The position numbers were made by a program, and so were the translations under genes. From NCBI GenBank assembly GCA_002633005.1, contig NMRA01000050.1, positions 805,820-869,819 of the forward strand: a stretch of 64,000 nucleotides of DNA. Reading direction: 5' to 3'. Origin of the DNA: Phoronis australis (lineage: Eukaryota > Animalia > Phoronida). Below are positions 48,695 through 62,319 of the stretch, piece after piece (position 1 is the stretch's first letter; each line of letters starts with the position of its first letter). The notes under the pieces are model-generated. The model was not told where the DNA came from and did not search any database. It saw nothing but the letters and a program-made list of their open reading frames with translations.

Positions 48695-50910
48695 CAATAA
48701 GTTGTCCTATTTCAGACGGGACCCTCTCTCGGTGGAGCAGTTCGGAGAAATGTCCGTTTGTCTCTCTATACATGTACATCCGACACTGCCAAGTATTCAC
48801 GAGGGAAGTTGTGATTCGAAATTCATCAAAAAACACAAAATATTCGTGCACAGCACAGCAGTATCAAGACATTTGACCCAAACAACTAAAAATGTGAAAA
48901 AAATACAATGGGATTGATCGCCATCGAAAGAGAGTCAGTAATTTTAAAGAACGTGAAGACCGCTTGTTGTTACACAAAAGGACTATTTCCGATGATTAGT
49001 TATAAAATAATGTTACTGTTTCCCATATTATCACAAGAATAGTATTTCTTTTGAAGATGCTTACTATAAGTTGTTTGTAAGGAATTCCCACATGTGGAAA
49101 ACACTGCTGTAGGGGCAACCATTGGGGCGACCGTGTACATGTAGAACGAGTGTACTTAAATACTCGCAGTAACGAACAAATTAAACAAATATTTCAGCGT
49201 TTTTTTAGGTCAAGTTTTACTGTGAACCGTTATAGGTACCTCGGAAAGAGCAAAAATACAACTCACTGTGAATGCCCAATCTCCCATTTCTCCCGGTTAC
49301 CCGTCAAAAATCTGCGAGCATGGGTACGGAAATTGCTTATAACAATCCCTTTTGATCAACAAATTCGTTGGTTTCTGATTTACATGTTCATGTATCTACG
49401 AAAACCGACAGGTTTGTTTATATGGGATTTTTGACAGTTAGAAGGTAATCTTTTAAGAAGTGATGACGATTCAGGGAATTTAGTTGAAGCTTGAATATGG
49501 AAAAAACTATGATCCTATCAGCAAATAGTAAAGTGTACTTGGACGCTTTTTGCATATCAAAAAAACTCTCAAACACATTGATGAAATTTGGACACTTCCC
49601 AAAAAATTTACTGGCAATTCAACTGACAATAAATGCATTGCTTTTTTGACTTCGGTGCAAGCTTTGTTGTTTAAAGACACTAACAGGGGATTAAAAAGGA
49701 ATCAAGTCATTAAGTCAAGGTAAACGCATTGTTCATGGATTTCATTGTTGCTTTCTGATTTACATGTTTATGTATCTGCGAAAGTTTACTGATTGCGAGA
49801 TGATGACAATTAGAAGCTCATCTTGTAAGAAGTGACAATACGTCAATGAACTTGATTGCAGACCGACATTGGGAAAAATGGATATATCATTAGATCCCCA
49901 ACTATAAAAGTACACTAAACGATTTTTGTCTATCTGAATTAAGTCTCAAGGAAATTGATGAATTTCGGACAGCTCAACAATGTGTCCTAAAATGTTCTCA
50001 CAATTCAAGTGACAATAACTTGTTTACTGGCTTAGGAACTAGATTACTGAGCTTAAGTTAACAAACCGTAGATCAAAAGGTTGTCTTTGAACTTCCTTAA
50101 TGTTTTTTGGTTTCCAGTAGTATTGCGCAATGAATTTTTGTTCTTCAAGACTGAATCGTTTGCTTGCATTTCCCGTGCATACTACACACACAGCATGCGC
50201 GCACCCAGCCTAAAATATAAGGGGGGGGCTCGAATTTTTGAGGATGTTGACCTTTTGCTAAAGAAAAAAAAGGAATACGGGGTTCGTTCAAGGCTATGAA
50301 TTGTGCTCAAATCGAATCCTGCCTTTTCGGTGGACTTTTGTCTATTTTTTCTCGTACTTTTTATTTCTCTTAGGAGGACTTTTGCCCACGAGCCCGCCGA
50401 GCCCCCCCCCCTTGGTGCGCGCATGCACGGAGCACGTCATCACAGACACACACACGTTAAAAATGAGTTGCAACCATGCAGTAGGCCTGCTTAGTATCTC
50501 AGTTACCCTCGGGAACTGGATTTGAACTCCAAACGTCAAAGTGTGTACATTTTGGGACATTTTACCCAGCAACCAGAAACTGGACTACCGGCTGTGTTTC
50601 ATCAAGGGATTCTCAAACGGCCACAAAGGCACTCATACCAGGCACTTCGAGACCTCACCTTTCCAAAATTGCTCTAAAATTGTGGCGATAAGAAAGCAAA
50701 ATTTTCTCGAAACTGGATCATAATAATAGGATCAAACCTTGACCTTCGACCCAGCTATAGCTACTTCAAGCAGTTCCCAGCTACATGTACCCGTCAGCGC
50801 GCACGGGACCTAGACCCATTCTTACTCTCCGTGAATCTTTGTTGGTTCACGGTTACTCAAATCCTGATTGCTGGATCCCCGGTTTTTCCCCCACCTATGG
50901 CGGACGCGGG
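48695..50910 (+). repeat. Interspersed repeat; direct copy at ~59750-60710 lacks the ~49260-50565 interior
   Basis: Shared blocks tttcagacgggacc, aaattcatcaaaaa.cacaaaatat, atcacaagaatagtatttcttttgaag and agcaaccagaaactggactac. Confidence 0.8.
50194..50425. mobile_element. CATG-terminal MITE, same family as 34442-34700, 5-bp TSD cacag/cacgg
   Basis: catgcgcgcaccc ... ggtgcgcgcatg. Confidence 0.8.
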
Positions 50911-51074
50911 GGGTGGGGGGGGGGGCGACAATAGCAAGGGTTTAGGTTGGCGAAGTCAAATTGGTTTGTGTCCCCCCAATAATTTTTTCCTTCCTACGAG
51001 CCTGCAAGGCCAATAATCTACTGGGTCAAAATTTTATACATGGATATAGGCCCTATCTTCCAAAATACTTACTT

Positions 51075-51812
51075 TCCATTAGTCAGTTAGCTAGCTGTAT
51101 GAATACTATCGCCAAAATACTTCTAGGTACCACTGTGTGTTAATCTTCCATATACCCCGAAATTGCACACAGCCAGGGTAGTTCTGCTCGTCACCTCGCC
51201 GTCAAAGCTAAAGACCGGACGGGGTGCATGCAAAATCTGGGAATCAACCGACTCTCACCTTGCCCGTTACAGCGGTTTAAGTGAAAAACAATGCTATAAA
51301 CGCCATTTTCTTGCGTAACTCTCCACCATTTGTAACAATGAAAAGTATGTTGTCGTTTTGAAAACAGTACGCTCGTGCCACGCGCACGCACAATTTCCTA
51401 GTAATTGTTTGCGACATCCTTTGGGACATGATGATAGCTTGGCAGGAGCAAAATTTCTTCTGAAATTCGGTTTTTTGGTATCAAAACTCTAAAATCTTAT
51501 AAGTAAATGAAACCAGCTCCGATGATTTGTTGTGATATCGACGCAACCTCATGGAAGAAGAACAGTTGATTGAAGAATCGGTGAAAAAAGAAACTGGCCA
51601 ATAGATGACGCAATATTTCATGGCGCCGAAAGCCGTCGCTAAAGATCGCTCAACAACTTAAGCAGCAGAATATCGGTAGAACGTCATTTTTTCCAACACC
51701 GTTAAATATTTTAGTTTACTCAAGGAAGACTAGTTTTTAATGACACCAATTTTGTGTCAGATTTTGTCTCACCACTTTTTACCCACATCGGCGCAAAGCT
51801 ATATATTTAGTA
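51075..51812. repeat. Inverted copy of the 6480-7200 repeat
   Basis: Reverse-complement similarity over ~730 bp. Confidence 0.8.
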
Positions 51813-52439
51813 CCAAGGCTAACTTTCCACCACCATCCATTTGGCACTCTGAGTGGTGCTATTATTAATTTCAAGGAAAGACGGAGTTTAGCAGAAGCAA
51901 AAATAATACAGAAATACATAAGTTCGCTATGAAATGCAAACGAAGCACGTGACCACACCTTCCTTATCGAAATTCTTCAGTGATCTCACGAAACTCTACC
52001 AAGATTTGAGTAACCGGGTCTTTATTATCTAATATTTCACATTATTATTTTCAACAAAATTACGTGCTTGAGATTTCTGGGGCTGGCGAGCGCAACCCAG
52101 AGTGGGGTTTGTCTGTTACAAGCCGTTTAGTAGCCACTGACATCTATTGGAATCGCAGGGAATTGTATTTTGTGGTACTTCAAATATATGAGCTAGCTCA
52201 TTTTTGGGAGTCGTTTTAGAGCTTCTGGCTGACCATTTCTAGAGTACAATTTGACTGCCATGGGTAATCGGATGTTCAATGCTACACAATTGTTGGTTTT
52301 AAGTCAGTTTTAGCCGATACCTCGAATATATGACATACATAGTACCGTGGTGAAGATTTTTGGGAATTTCTGGCGGGCACAACCTAGAGTATATTTTGTG
52401 TATCATAGGGTATTCAATAAAATCAGTTTTTGCCAACAA

Positions 52440-52790
52440 TACGATTAAAAACCGGACGATCTCCGCACAAATAAGAAGTTCATGTTCAATTCAACATTTC
52501 GTCTTTTCATTAGACATCATCAGGATCATATTTACAACAATTTAGGACAACAAGTGCCAACATACAGCTCAGGTAACATCCATAGAGTGAAGTGAGAGAT
52601 ACATAAAATATAGTCAGTAGCTGGTCACCACCATAGTTGCAGGGTCACTGAGCTCTGCATGTTATTCAGAGATTCAGTGGCATCCTGGTTCTGAATGGCC
52701 AATGACTCTTTAATGTACAGTAACTCCTTATTAGGTTCTCTTCAGATAATACTAACAGAGTAGGATATTCAGTGTCGAGTGATGTGTATT
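52440..52790 (-). mobile_element. 3' fragment of a Penelope-like retroelement (GIY-YIG C-terminus plus 3' UTR)
   Basis: Minus strand reads KELLYIKESLAIQNQDATESLNNMQSSVTLQL (cf. L.IKESL.I...LN.Q..S..L.L), followed by a hammerhead core. Confidence 0.7.
52482..52529 (-). ncRNA. Minimal type-I hammerhead ribozyme (Penelope-associated)
   Basis: atgatc-CTGATGA-t-gtct(aatgaaa)agac-GAAA-t(gttga)a-TT-gaacat: conserved core, 4-bp stem II, stem I with one mismatch, very short stem III. Confidence 0.65.
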
Positions 52791-53469
52791 GAGTGAATTG
52801 GTTTTTGTGGTACTTTAAATACGTACTTTAAATATATGTATATGAGCTAGCGCATTCTTGGGGAATTTTTGGATTTCTGGAGGACCCTTTCTAAAGTGCA
52901 GATAGTCTGTCATGGGTCATTCGGTGGTCAGTTCGGTTTTGTTGTCCGTTTTAAATCCATTTTGGCCTGTACCACGAATATCCAATTTTTTTATCCCTTT
53001 ACTTCCCAGGCTGGTCACACCCAGAGTGCAGACAGCAGCAGACGTTCATTTCTGTGTATAGATACATGTATACTCCTGTGGACTCGACTTGCTCCATTGG
53101 CCAGATGTTGATACCTCGTTCATCTACGCTACATGTAAGTGCTCTGGGCTACCGGTTTCATAACCATAACTACCCCAAGAAAAGTTACAGGGTGTTGCGG
53201 AGGGACTGTGAGAGAGGGAAACAACAGCCTCTCATTAATTAAGGTGTTGAGTTTTGAAGGAGTGCTGCAGTTATCAACGCAAGCCTAAATTCATTGCTTC
53301 ATTTTCATTTTGACTTATTTGTTCACTAAGCGAGACTCTTGAGCTATGGTTCAGGACATCCAGCGATTTCCCTGCAAAATTATACCACAAACCAGGCTGC
53401 TCAATTTTTCATATACGCGCAGACCCGTGTCGCTGGCCGGATACCGGGAATAGTCTGGCCTCATATTTT

Positions 53470-53932
53470 TCGGATTGTTCTAAAACCCCCTCGACCCCAA
53501 CACTCCAAGACCACCTCGATCCACAACCCACGACCCCCTTGACCCAATTAAGAGAGCCGATTCGACAAGTTTGAAATAAAAAAAAAACAATTCATAACGC
53601 GACCGAATCAAATCAAAGACCTACCAACGTTACACATATATTTCCCGACATAGTCCTCTGCTCTTCAGTGAATTGCAGATTCAGGCTAATGCAATTTTGG
53701 GAGAGTGCGAGGAACCGGCGATCATGTAATTTCAAGTACTATTTGAAAAAATAACTGTTAACAGACATGCAGTATATTGTAAACGAGTATACAACAGAAA
53801 GCAATAATAAATACTTGAAATTACGTCCATACGCACTAACGTACCCTCTTCCTAAGTTTAGTAGAACAGGGCAAATTGCCACAAGTCGAGGGTTTGTGGG
53901 TCGTGAGTATTGGGGGTTTTAGAACTATCAGA
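53470..53932. mobile_element. MITE-like element with imperfect TIRs
   Basis: ttgttctaaaacccc...ccacaa.cc..cgac vs gtcgagggtttgtggg...ggggttttagaacta. Confidence 0.5.
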
Positions 53933-54692
53933 GACCGTAGAGACGAACACAAATCTCCTAGCGAAATCCCATTGAACGGCCACTGGCGGCCATTGTTATT
54001 TCATGGACCTTGGAGACGTCTAACGGGCGCGTGTGCGAAAAAAAGGAATATGGCTGATTCTCGTGACTATGGCCGATTTTAGTTTTTGTTAAATTCAAAA
54101 TTGTGGAGAGTCTTTGTTTGAAATATTGAGAACAAAAATATGAGTAGAGTATTGGATAAATGCAAAAAGTCAAATACCGAGTAAATCAAGAAAAAATTGA
54201 TCAACAAAGGTAATATAAATTACGCAAAAGCAAGAGGGTGTCTCAGTCATGAGAGGTGAACAGGTGAACGCAGGTGATTAGAGGTTGAGCAGGTACAAAA
54301 CCAGTATGATTTTTTCCAGGGGGGTCAGGAAAGTAATAAACATAAGATGACAGATCTGCTGAAGAAGAGGTAGGAGCAAAGGCGGGGGGAGGGCACCCCT
54401 TAACCAAAAGGTTGGGAGCGGAGTTAGCTGTCTGCCCCGCAATATTCCCGGTATTGATATCAATTAATTATTAAAACGTTCAACACACAGAATTCAAATA
54501 AAACCGAAAAATCCAGAGTCTCCTCCCCCAACCATCAAATATTTCCAATGCCAATGTCCACAATCTGCCCTCTTACGCCATCCAAACACGTGTCCTGATC
54601 TTTGTTTCGGATATGCTCACCTTACGACATTTCATACTCAAGCAGGGGGGTCTGTGCCCAGTTACACAAAACAGTCCTAAATAGCGACTCAA

Positions 54693-54820
54693 CAGGGGCA
54701 GATCCAGGATTTTTTAAAGGGGGGCTCCAAGACAACAATTTGAGAATTCTAGATTTGATATCAGTAAAATCTAGGCAAATGGGGGTCCGGACCCCTTTGT
54801 CCCCACTGGATCCGCCTGTG
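54693..54820. mobile_element. Short MITE with a probable 5-bp TSD (ctcaa/ctcga)
   Basis: caggggcagatccag ... ctggatccgcctgtg. Confidence 0.65.
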
Positions 54821-57096
54821 CTCGACTGAGCTGCCTAAATCTTTTTTTTGCGTATTTGTTTCGTTCTCGGCTTAACTCATAAGTGTTATATTTTTCTATC
54901 ATTTCATCTTTATTACGAGATCCTCTTTTGACTTGTGACGTTTTCTAATAATGTTACTGAAAACTGATCCCTTAATTCAGTCAAAATATTTAGGGACGTA
55001 GTCTTTAAATTAGGGGCGTTACATGAAATGATCCACACCATGCTTTTTTTCTATAACATTGAGAATTCAACGTAAGAAACTCTACGCAGTAGATTTAGGG
55101 AACATGGTAGAGTCGCTATTTGGGACTGTTTCATGCATCGGGGCAATGGCCCAAGGGATCCTTGCCTGATAGGATCTGAAATGGACAACGAATTGGGATG
55201 GGTTGCTGTGAATGAAATTGGGGGCAACAGGGGAAGGGATTGAAAACCAGCAAGAGGTGGAATTCCTGCGTGCAGTCCAGTATGCCCCCATGAAACAGTC
55301 ATGCCTACTAAATACACAGTCCATTTAAGGTAGTTTTAACAATGCTTTCCAGTTCTCGTGAACCATTCACATTTTAAAAGGCATATTCAGTCTACATCTG
55401 CAAGTAAAAATGGCCAACTTCAAAGTAAATAACACAAGGACGCCTTTTTTCTTGACTTGTCAAAACAAAAAACCTAAAACACACGATATTAGCACTGAGA
55501 GTAACGGGGTAGCCAAGGCAATACACATACTGCCGAAGTACCCACCGCTGTAGGGCTCAATATGCCTTTAAAAGAACATTTCCTTTAACACTTTCTATGG
55601 CAAATTATCAAGCATGTCACCAAACCATACAATTAATATTTATTATGCACTGAAGTTCAGGCCATGATAGAAAATAAAATTGTGCACCTCAAAAAGCAAT
55701 CAAAATTTCACAAAAAGTGATCTATCATCACCATACATGTATGTATAGTGTATTGGGTACGATCAGAAGCTGAGGACGTCTGAGTTAAACCACAGGGGTC
55801 CTCAGCCTCTGAGTCTGACCGCCCCAAATACACCATAATACAAAAAGGTCGGACACTCGATTTTTGTGTGAAGTGAAGCACTCATGGAATTACTAGTTCC
55901 GAGTGTCATGCCTTGTGATAGGCCTATTATTGAGGATGATCATAAGTTGAGGATGCCTGTGATTTACAACAGGGACGGAGGAATTTCCCGATGTCACATA
56001 AGTTAACCATATTATAAACATAAAGGTTGGACATGAAATTTTGCCAAGCCTAGGCTGCCAGCTTCGACTGTTCTAAATCCAAGTAAAATCTGTGTGCACC
56101 TCCCTCAGACTGGTATTGCATATATTCCTGACCACATTTGAACCAGTGCCCTTCGAGTGCCCCTGATGATAAAAGTGTATCTTTTTCAAAAAGTTGTGTC
56201 TGGCAGACTTTGTGTAATTAAGTGGTTACATACTGAGTTAGGGATTCTTTGGTTTTAAATAAGGTAATTTTATAAACCAAGAGTTTAAATACATTCAAAG
56301 CGAAATTAAATTATTTAAGCGACACTCAACTAGCGTTCGGCACTGTTTATGAAAAATCCGTATTTGTATGACAGTGATCTGCCATGAACGTCAAAAAATA
56401 ACCTTGATGGGCTTCAACATTTTTGTTTGTAAATCACCTCTCGAAGGCAGTTTTAATATGATAAAGTGAAAGAAGGTATTCAAAAAATTGTTTGGTGTTG
56501 ATTTCGTTTAGTTCCATGCACAATTGGGTAGAAAATACTGAGCAAACCAATTTTTAATGTCCAACCTTTCTGTTTTAACATGTAGCCCAGTGAGTGAACT
56601 CACTGGTGATCGAGGAACAGATAAACCCAAGTGTCTGGTTGATATTTGCCAGTTTCACGCCAGCATGACTCTATTTGAACATCAGTTTTGATGAAACACC
56701 TGCTAGTACAGAAAAATTGAGAACATTGCGGGGGGTTCCTCTGATTGATTTTTTTGTTTATTTGCGTAACTCTTTAAGGATTTCTCCATAAAATTAGTTA
56801 AGTTCAGCGTTTACATAGTTGATCTAGGGATGAAGTGAACTTAAAAATAAAACTAATGGTATATTGTACCAATTTAGATCTAAATTATTGCAAAAATGAT
56901 GTATTTTGTTTCAAAAACACATTAATACTATTCATAAATAAGAATTGAAAAATAAGTACAACCTTTACTTCAGACAATAACTAAAACAATGCCTTCTGTG
57001 GCATGAATGGCTGCAATGTGAAAATAATTACCATCTGTCTTTGTTCAATGACGTCAAGGGCTCGGTCAATCATTGTGCAGAAAGTAATTCCTATAA

Positions 57097-57147
57097 CCAA
57101 GCCTCAAATGGCTAAACCCATAAGCGCCATCTTGAGGCTTGGGGACA
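57097..57147 (+). repeat. Third copy of the hairpin repeat
   Basis: ccaagcctcaaatggctaaacccataagcgccatcttgaggcttgggg. Confidence 0.75.
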
Positions 57148-57812
57148 AAGTTGAAAAGGTCACATCAGTGTCAATTGTGTGTAAACACAGAACAAAACCA
57201 CCAATTGATGCTCATAAGACTTTTTGTAAGATTGTGAAGTATTTTTTAGGAATTTAAAAATTGTAAAAAATAGACAATAGACATTTTGGGAAGAAATGGA
57301 ATGAATAAAAAGTCGTTTCTGAAAATATTTATCACAAGAACCTGAAGTCCTACAACCAGCTGTAAAACTTGTGTTAAGAAAGGGTGAAACATTTATATCT
57401 TGCAGATTATACATTGCAAATAAGTTTCTTGTTGGAATGGTATACAGTGTCTTTAGGTAATTTTCATTATGCATAACTTATCTGGAAAATGTATAGTGGA
57501 GTCTTTTAGTTTGATACTAAGCAGGGTTTGTTTTATTTCAAGGATTGTGGTCAAGGAGCACAGTAATGCTAATCCAAACTTTATAGTAAAAGTGGCACCA
57601 TGTTCCAATACGCTGGAGACATTGAGGGAGGGCGCAGACTGTGTGAAGCTGCCAGTCCACCAATAAGCCCGAGACAGTTTTGTTAAAAATAATTAGTTTT
57701 TTAGTTGTTATTTATATAATTCATAATTTTTTGTAAATATTTTACCTGAGCAGTTTCATAGTAATAAAAGTATTAAAGAACAAGAGTCTTTTCTTCTTGT
57801 AAGTCACAGCTA

Positions 57813-58056
57813 GTGTACTGGCTTAATATGAGCCCATCAATGGCCCTGTACTGGACCAACAATACTGGCCATTTACAGAGCCAAAACCGGTTATTGGTGT
57901 ACTGGCCCAGTAATGGCGTGGTACTCGTCCTTTACTGGCTCGATACCGCAATCTTGTATCGGGGCCAATACGGGGAAGGTGTGCAGAATGTCATTGGGCC
58001 AGTACTGGCCTACATCATAGGGCCAGTATTGGCCCAGTACCTGCATGTTCACTGGG
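57813..58056. repeat. Cluster of palindromic ggccagtactggcc subrepeats, probably a non-autonomous EnSpm-like remnant
   Basis: Repeated tactggcc/ggccagta units ending in ...gttcactggg. Confidence 0.5.
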
Positions 58057-59749
58057 ATTTGTCGCTAGAAAGTGGTGTCAACAAACAACACTCCTACCCC
58101 AACATACTCTGTCAAGACATTGATTCGGGTGTTTGATTTTTAACATTCAGTCTTTTTACTCAGTTTCTTACAAACACTCTCAGTTTTCAACACCCAGCTC
58201 TAAGTACTATTCACCTTTGTGAAATTCTATAGAACAACTTTTGTTGAAACACGTGCTTCCCAACGTTTTCAGGTGTCAGTCATCGTTTATTTTCCTGTTT
58301 TTGTGAAAATTTTCAGACGGCTTTCATGTTGAGGAAGGTCACTTCTTTCAGGTTCACGATTGAATGAACGCTCACTCTTTAGCCTTTCATCTTAAGATTA
58401 TCTCAAACCTTAATAACAATAATTGGCCATTTTTGCAATATTTCACGTGTCTAACAAAATAGCTTATCTTCATTCAGAATTATTAGAGCCACGTTGAAAC
58501 CCAATACCGCGTGGACATTAGTTTACCAAATATTCGAGGTCAAAGGTTACGAGGCTGTCATGACCTCCCGCCACGTACAGAGCAGCTTTGTATGTACCCT
58601 TAGTCCTTTCATTCAACGGGTCACTGTGATTTTGAGTCAAGGAGGTGAATTTACAATAGAACGATGCTGGGGGAAAACAAAGACAAAACGTAGATTTGAT
58701 TCTGAGGGAGTTGTGCGTCTACATGCATACGACCGTTTGGAAGAAAGCTACAATGTCGCCTCAAGCACCCGTGGTCACGAACACAGCAAGTTGTGAAAAG
58801 ATACAAAATCCTCACCCAAATTCCTTAATTCCATAAGTATAAATAGACATTTCGCTGTTTTGATCTCATGCTAAAGACATGCTTAAACCACCGACTTGAT
58901 TTTTGTTTTCCATTTCTAACTTGGTTTCGTATCAGTCTCCAGGCACTACATATGTGTATAACAATGAGCTACTTAAAAGTAGGTCAAACAACAGTAACAG
59001 TTGACCCCACCTCGTGGCTGGGTCGGTAAGTTTTAATGATCATTAGGTTAATTATGCGCTGCAAGTCAGTTGACAGTGTGAGTGAATGTTGAAATACCTA
59101 ACATGGTTTAGGCATGTATAGGTTACATTGACCGAAAACAAGTTTTCACCGAATAATTAACCGGAGACTGAGATTTCCACTCGTCCTAGTTTAATCGACG
59201 TTTTTTCTGCTTCGCCAAACCGACTTTATTTGAAATTAGGAAGACGAGTTCTCAAAAATGGCTCGGTGGGTTTCGTGGAAACTTTTTAAACTTAACATTT
59301 GTTCATCAATCTCAAAAAACACTGTAAGGATTTTCGATATAAAGACCTGGTTTTTTGCGTAATGTAACAAAGAGGCATACGACTTCTATTTTTTTCAAAA
59401 ATATCTTACGTATTTGCGAGTTGATTTTTCAATCAAACGAAAAGACTGATCGAAAATTCCCTACAGCGTTTTTCTGACAGCGTTTTTTAGGTAACTGGTG
59501 AATTTTTCACTTGAAAACGGTTCTATTAAAATCGACGGATTGGTTATATTGCTAGGAATGTACCTTTCTTAAAAATGAAACTTTGACTTAAAAATGTGTT
59601 AGCGTTATTTTAATAACGGTACAAAAATACAAAACCTATTTGTGTGTTCCCTGATTTTTTCTTTCAAAAAATATATATACTTCTGCTAGCTGACAAAGCT
59701 TAGTTTTTGATATACGAGTTAGAATGGAGGCCACTAAATAAAGTTTGGG

Positions 59750-60710
59750 ATAACCTTAAGCTGTCCCGTTTCAGACGGGACCATTTCTTGGTGGGGCGGT
59801 TCTGGGACTCTCCCCGTTGTCCCTCTATAAACGTAAATCACACACCGCCAAGTATTCATAAGAGGAATTTGAGTTTCTAAATTCATCAAAAACACAAAAT
59901 ATCCGTGCAAAGCACAGCAATATTAAGACATACGACCCACACAGCCGAAAAACGTGAAAACTGCAATAGCATTGACTGTCATCGAAAAGGTGGAATTTTG
60001 AAGAACGTTAAAACTACTATTTATGAAGTGTACAAAAGGATAATTTCCGATTGTAAATAATGTTACTTTTTCCCATAGTATCACAAGAATAGTATTTCTT
60101 TTGAAGGCCGTTACTAAGAGTAGTTTGTAAAGAATTCACAAATGTCGAAAAGACTGCTGGGGCTACGATTTGTGATGACCGTGTAGGCCTACATTGTCGA
60201 GCGAGGGTACTCGAAGTACTCGCAATCATAAACAAATATTTCAGCGTTCCTTTTGGAGTTCACATTTAATTCGTGAACCGTTATATAACGGTATAGTTAG
60301 CTCTGAAATGAGCAACCAGAAACTGGACTACTGATGGTGTTTCAACAAGGGATTTTCAAACAGCCCATGATGCCCTCATATCGAGAGACCTCGGTACCCG
60401 ACCTGCCCATAATAAAATTAAGCCGACCTGTCCATAATAAAATTAAGTTCTCCCAAAATGGATCTTAATTAAACGAATCTTGACCTTGGAGACAGTGCAG
60501 ACGGATAGGTACAAGCTAAACTGGCTGCCTCAAGTGAATCATGGCGGAGCTGACCAGCGATTAGCTGTATTTTTAAGGCAGCTCCCACCTAGTACCACTA
60601 AACCCATTCTTTCTTTCCGTGAAACTTTGTTGGTTCACGATTATACTCAACTCAAATCCTGATGGCTGCATTTCCGGGATTGCCCCTCACCTATAGTGGA
60701 GGTGGGGGGT
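59750..60710 (+). repeat. Direct copy of the 48695-50910 repeat family
   Basis: Collinear shared blocks as listed for 48695-50910. Confidence 0.8.
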
Positions 60711-62128
60711 TCGGCGCAAATATGGTGGCATTTGGAGAACGGGGTGGGGAGTTGGGGGCGTAGATGGTGGCCTCCGTATTGGTTCTTTCCGTCACATGCT
60801 ATAAGTTTGGTCAGTTCCTGGCATCTATAGGCTCATGGTTGTCACGCGTTCCTAGGGTTCTCAGTTATCGTATGTTTCCTGTCAAACCTTTACTTCAGTA
60901 GCACTTACGTTCGAGTTCAGTCTATCTCCATTTTTCCCACTCACTATCACTCCATTTGTTAGATAGTTCTTCGTATCTGAGTGCTGCTCTTTTTAATGTC
61001 CATCTTTCCAGAGAGTATTATTTTACATGTATTTTTTGTTTTATATTCATTTTTGTACCGTTATGATATCATAAGTAAAGTTTGAACCCTCCTTTCAAAA
61101 TCTGCTGAACGAGCAAACGTGACCTACGATATTAGTGAAATACAAGGCAACTGCCGGAATACATCACCCACTAAGGACCATACATGTAATGTTCAGGCTG
61201 TGACGTAGGAACAATAAGCTTTTAATTGATTCCTGCGTTTAAGAGCTATTCTACGAGAAAATCAAAAGAAGTCTAAAAGTCACTCTAGGGGTCATCTCCC
61301 AGATTCAGCTTAAACTTTGAGTATGTGATCATGGTGCGGCTCCAATAAAAAATCACCAATTTTGCAGTTATTGACCTCTTATTTACCTATGAGCTTTCAA
61401 GGGTTTACGAAGAAAACGACACGTTTTTTGCAATTTTCAAATATAAAAACAGGAAGATTAGATGTAATGAAAAAAAAAATGGGATCAGGAAGTGGGACAT
61501 GACTACCAAATAATTAATTGATATTAGTCATCACGTGACAGGGCCAATAAAACCGTAAGCACTTTTTGTAGTGTTGAAAATGGGTGTCACTCAAGTGCTT
61601 CTGCAAGCCAGTGTGCGGGGCAGTGGACATAGACATTTATGTTTTTGGATAGATTTTGGATATGTGAACAAATTTATAAAGTCTCTCGAATGGGCTTTTT
61701 TTCATTTTTTGTTCTAAAGATGACGCTGTGTTGCGTATTATAAATTTTAAGCGAATGTTTATGTAACTCCGTTACATTTAAAATGGTTTTGTTAACTTCG
61801 TGGTTTTCATTAAACTTGCAGAGTCCAAAACATAACCTTTTGTGGCACTGGTAGCTAGAATCATAGATTGTGTGAGATGTGCAAAACAATTCTCTGAAAT
61901 CTGATTATGTCTCATGAGCATATGATCTCTAGTTCTGACAAACAAGTTTTCAGTTGAGAGTTAGACAGCATAGTGAATAAATGTATCTTGTAGATCTCTA
62001 GAATAAACCCACGTAAAACTGTAATACAGAGTTGTGTTTGAAAGAGGTTTTTATACGGGTTTCAAGAAAGATAAGTAATGGAATCAACAATTTAGGGTCC
62101 ATAAATCTGTTTGACATATCCCCTATTA

Positions 62129-62319
62129 CATGTGCGCACCCAGCCTACGTTGTGGACCATTTGCGAACAAAGGAGCGGGCGGACTAAAAAAAATAAAAAA
62201 ACGGAAGAGCACCTCTGTGAATTGCACGTTTGCGCTTATTTAGTGGATAGTTGTCCCATTTTCTCGGGTTTTTTTGTCTCTAGGGATCGGATCTTTTTGC
62301 CCCCCTGGGTGCGCGCATG
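62129..62319. mobile_element. CATG-terminal MITE with perfect 5-bp TSD TATTA
   Basis: tatta|catgtgcgcacccag ... ctgggtgcgcgcatg|tatta. Confidence 0.85.

Noticed and set aside
55051-55324. 'RQG' motif suggesting an L1/Tx1 RT
   Set aside because: No PLSP or YADD context.
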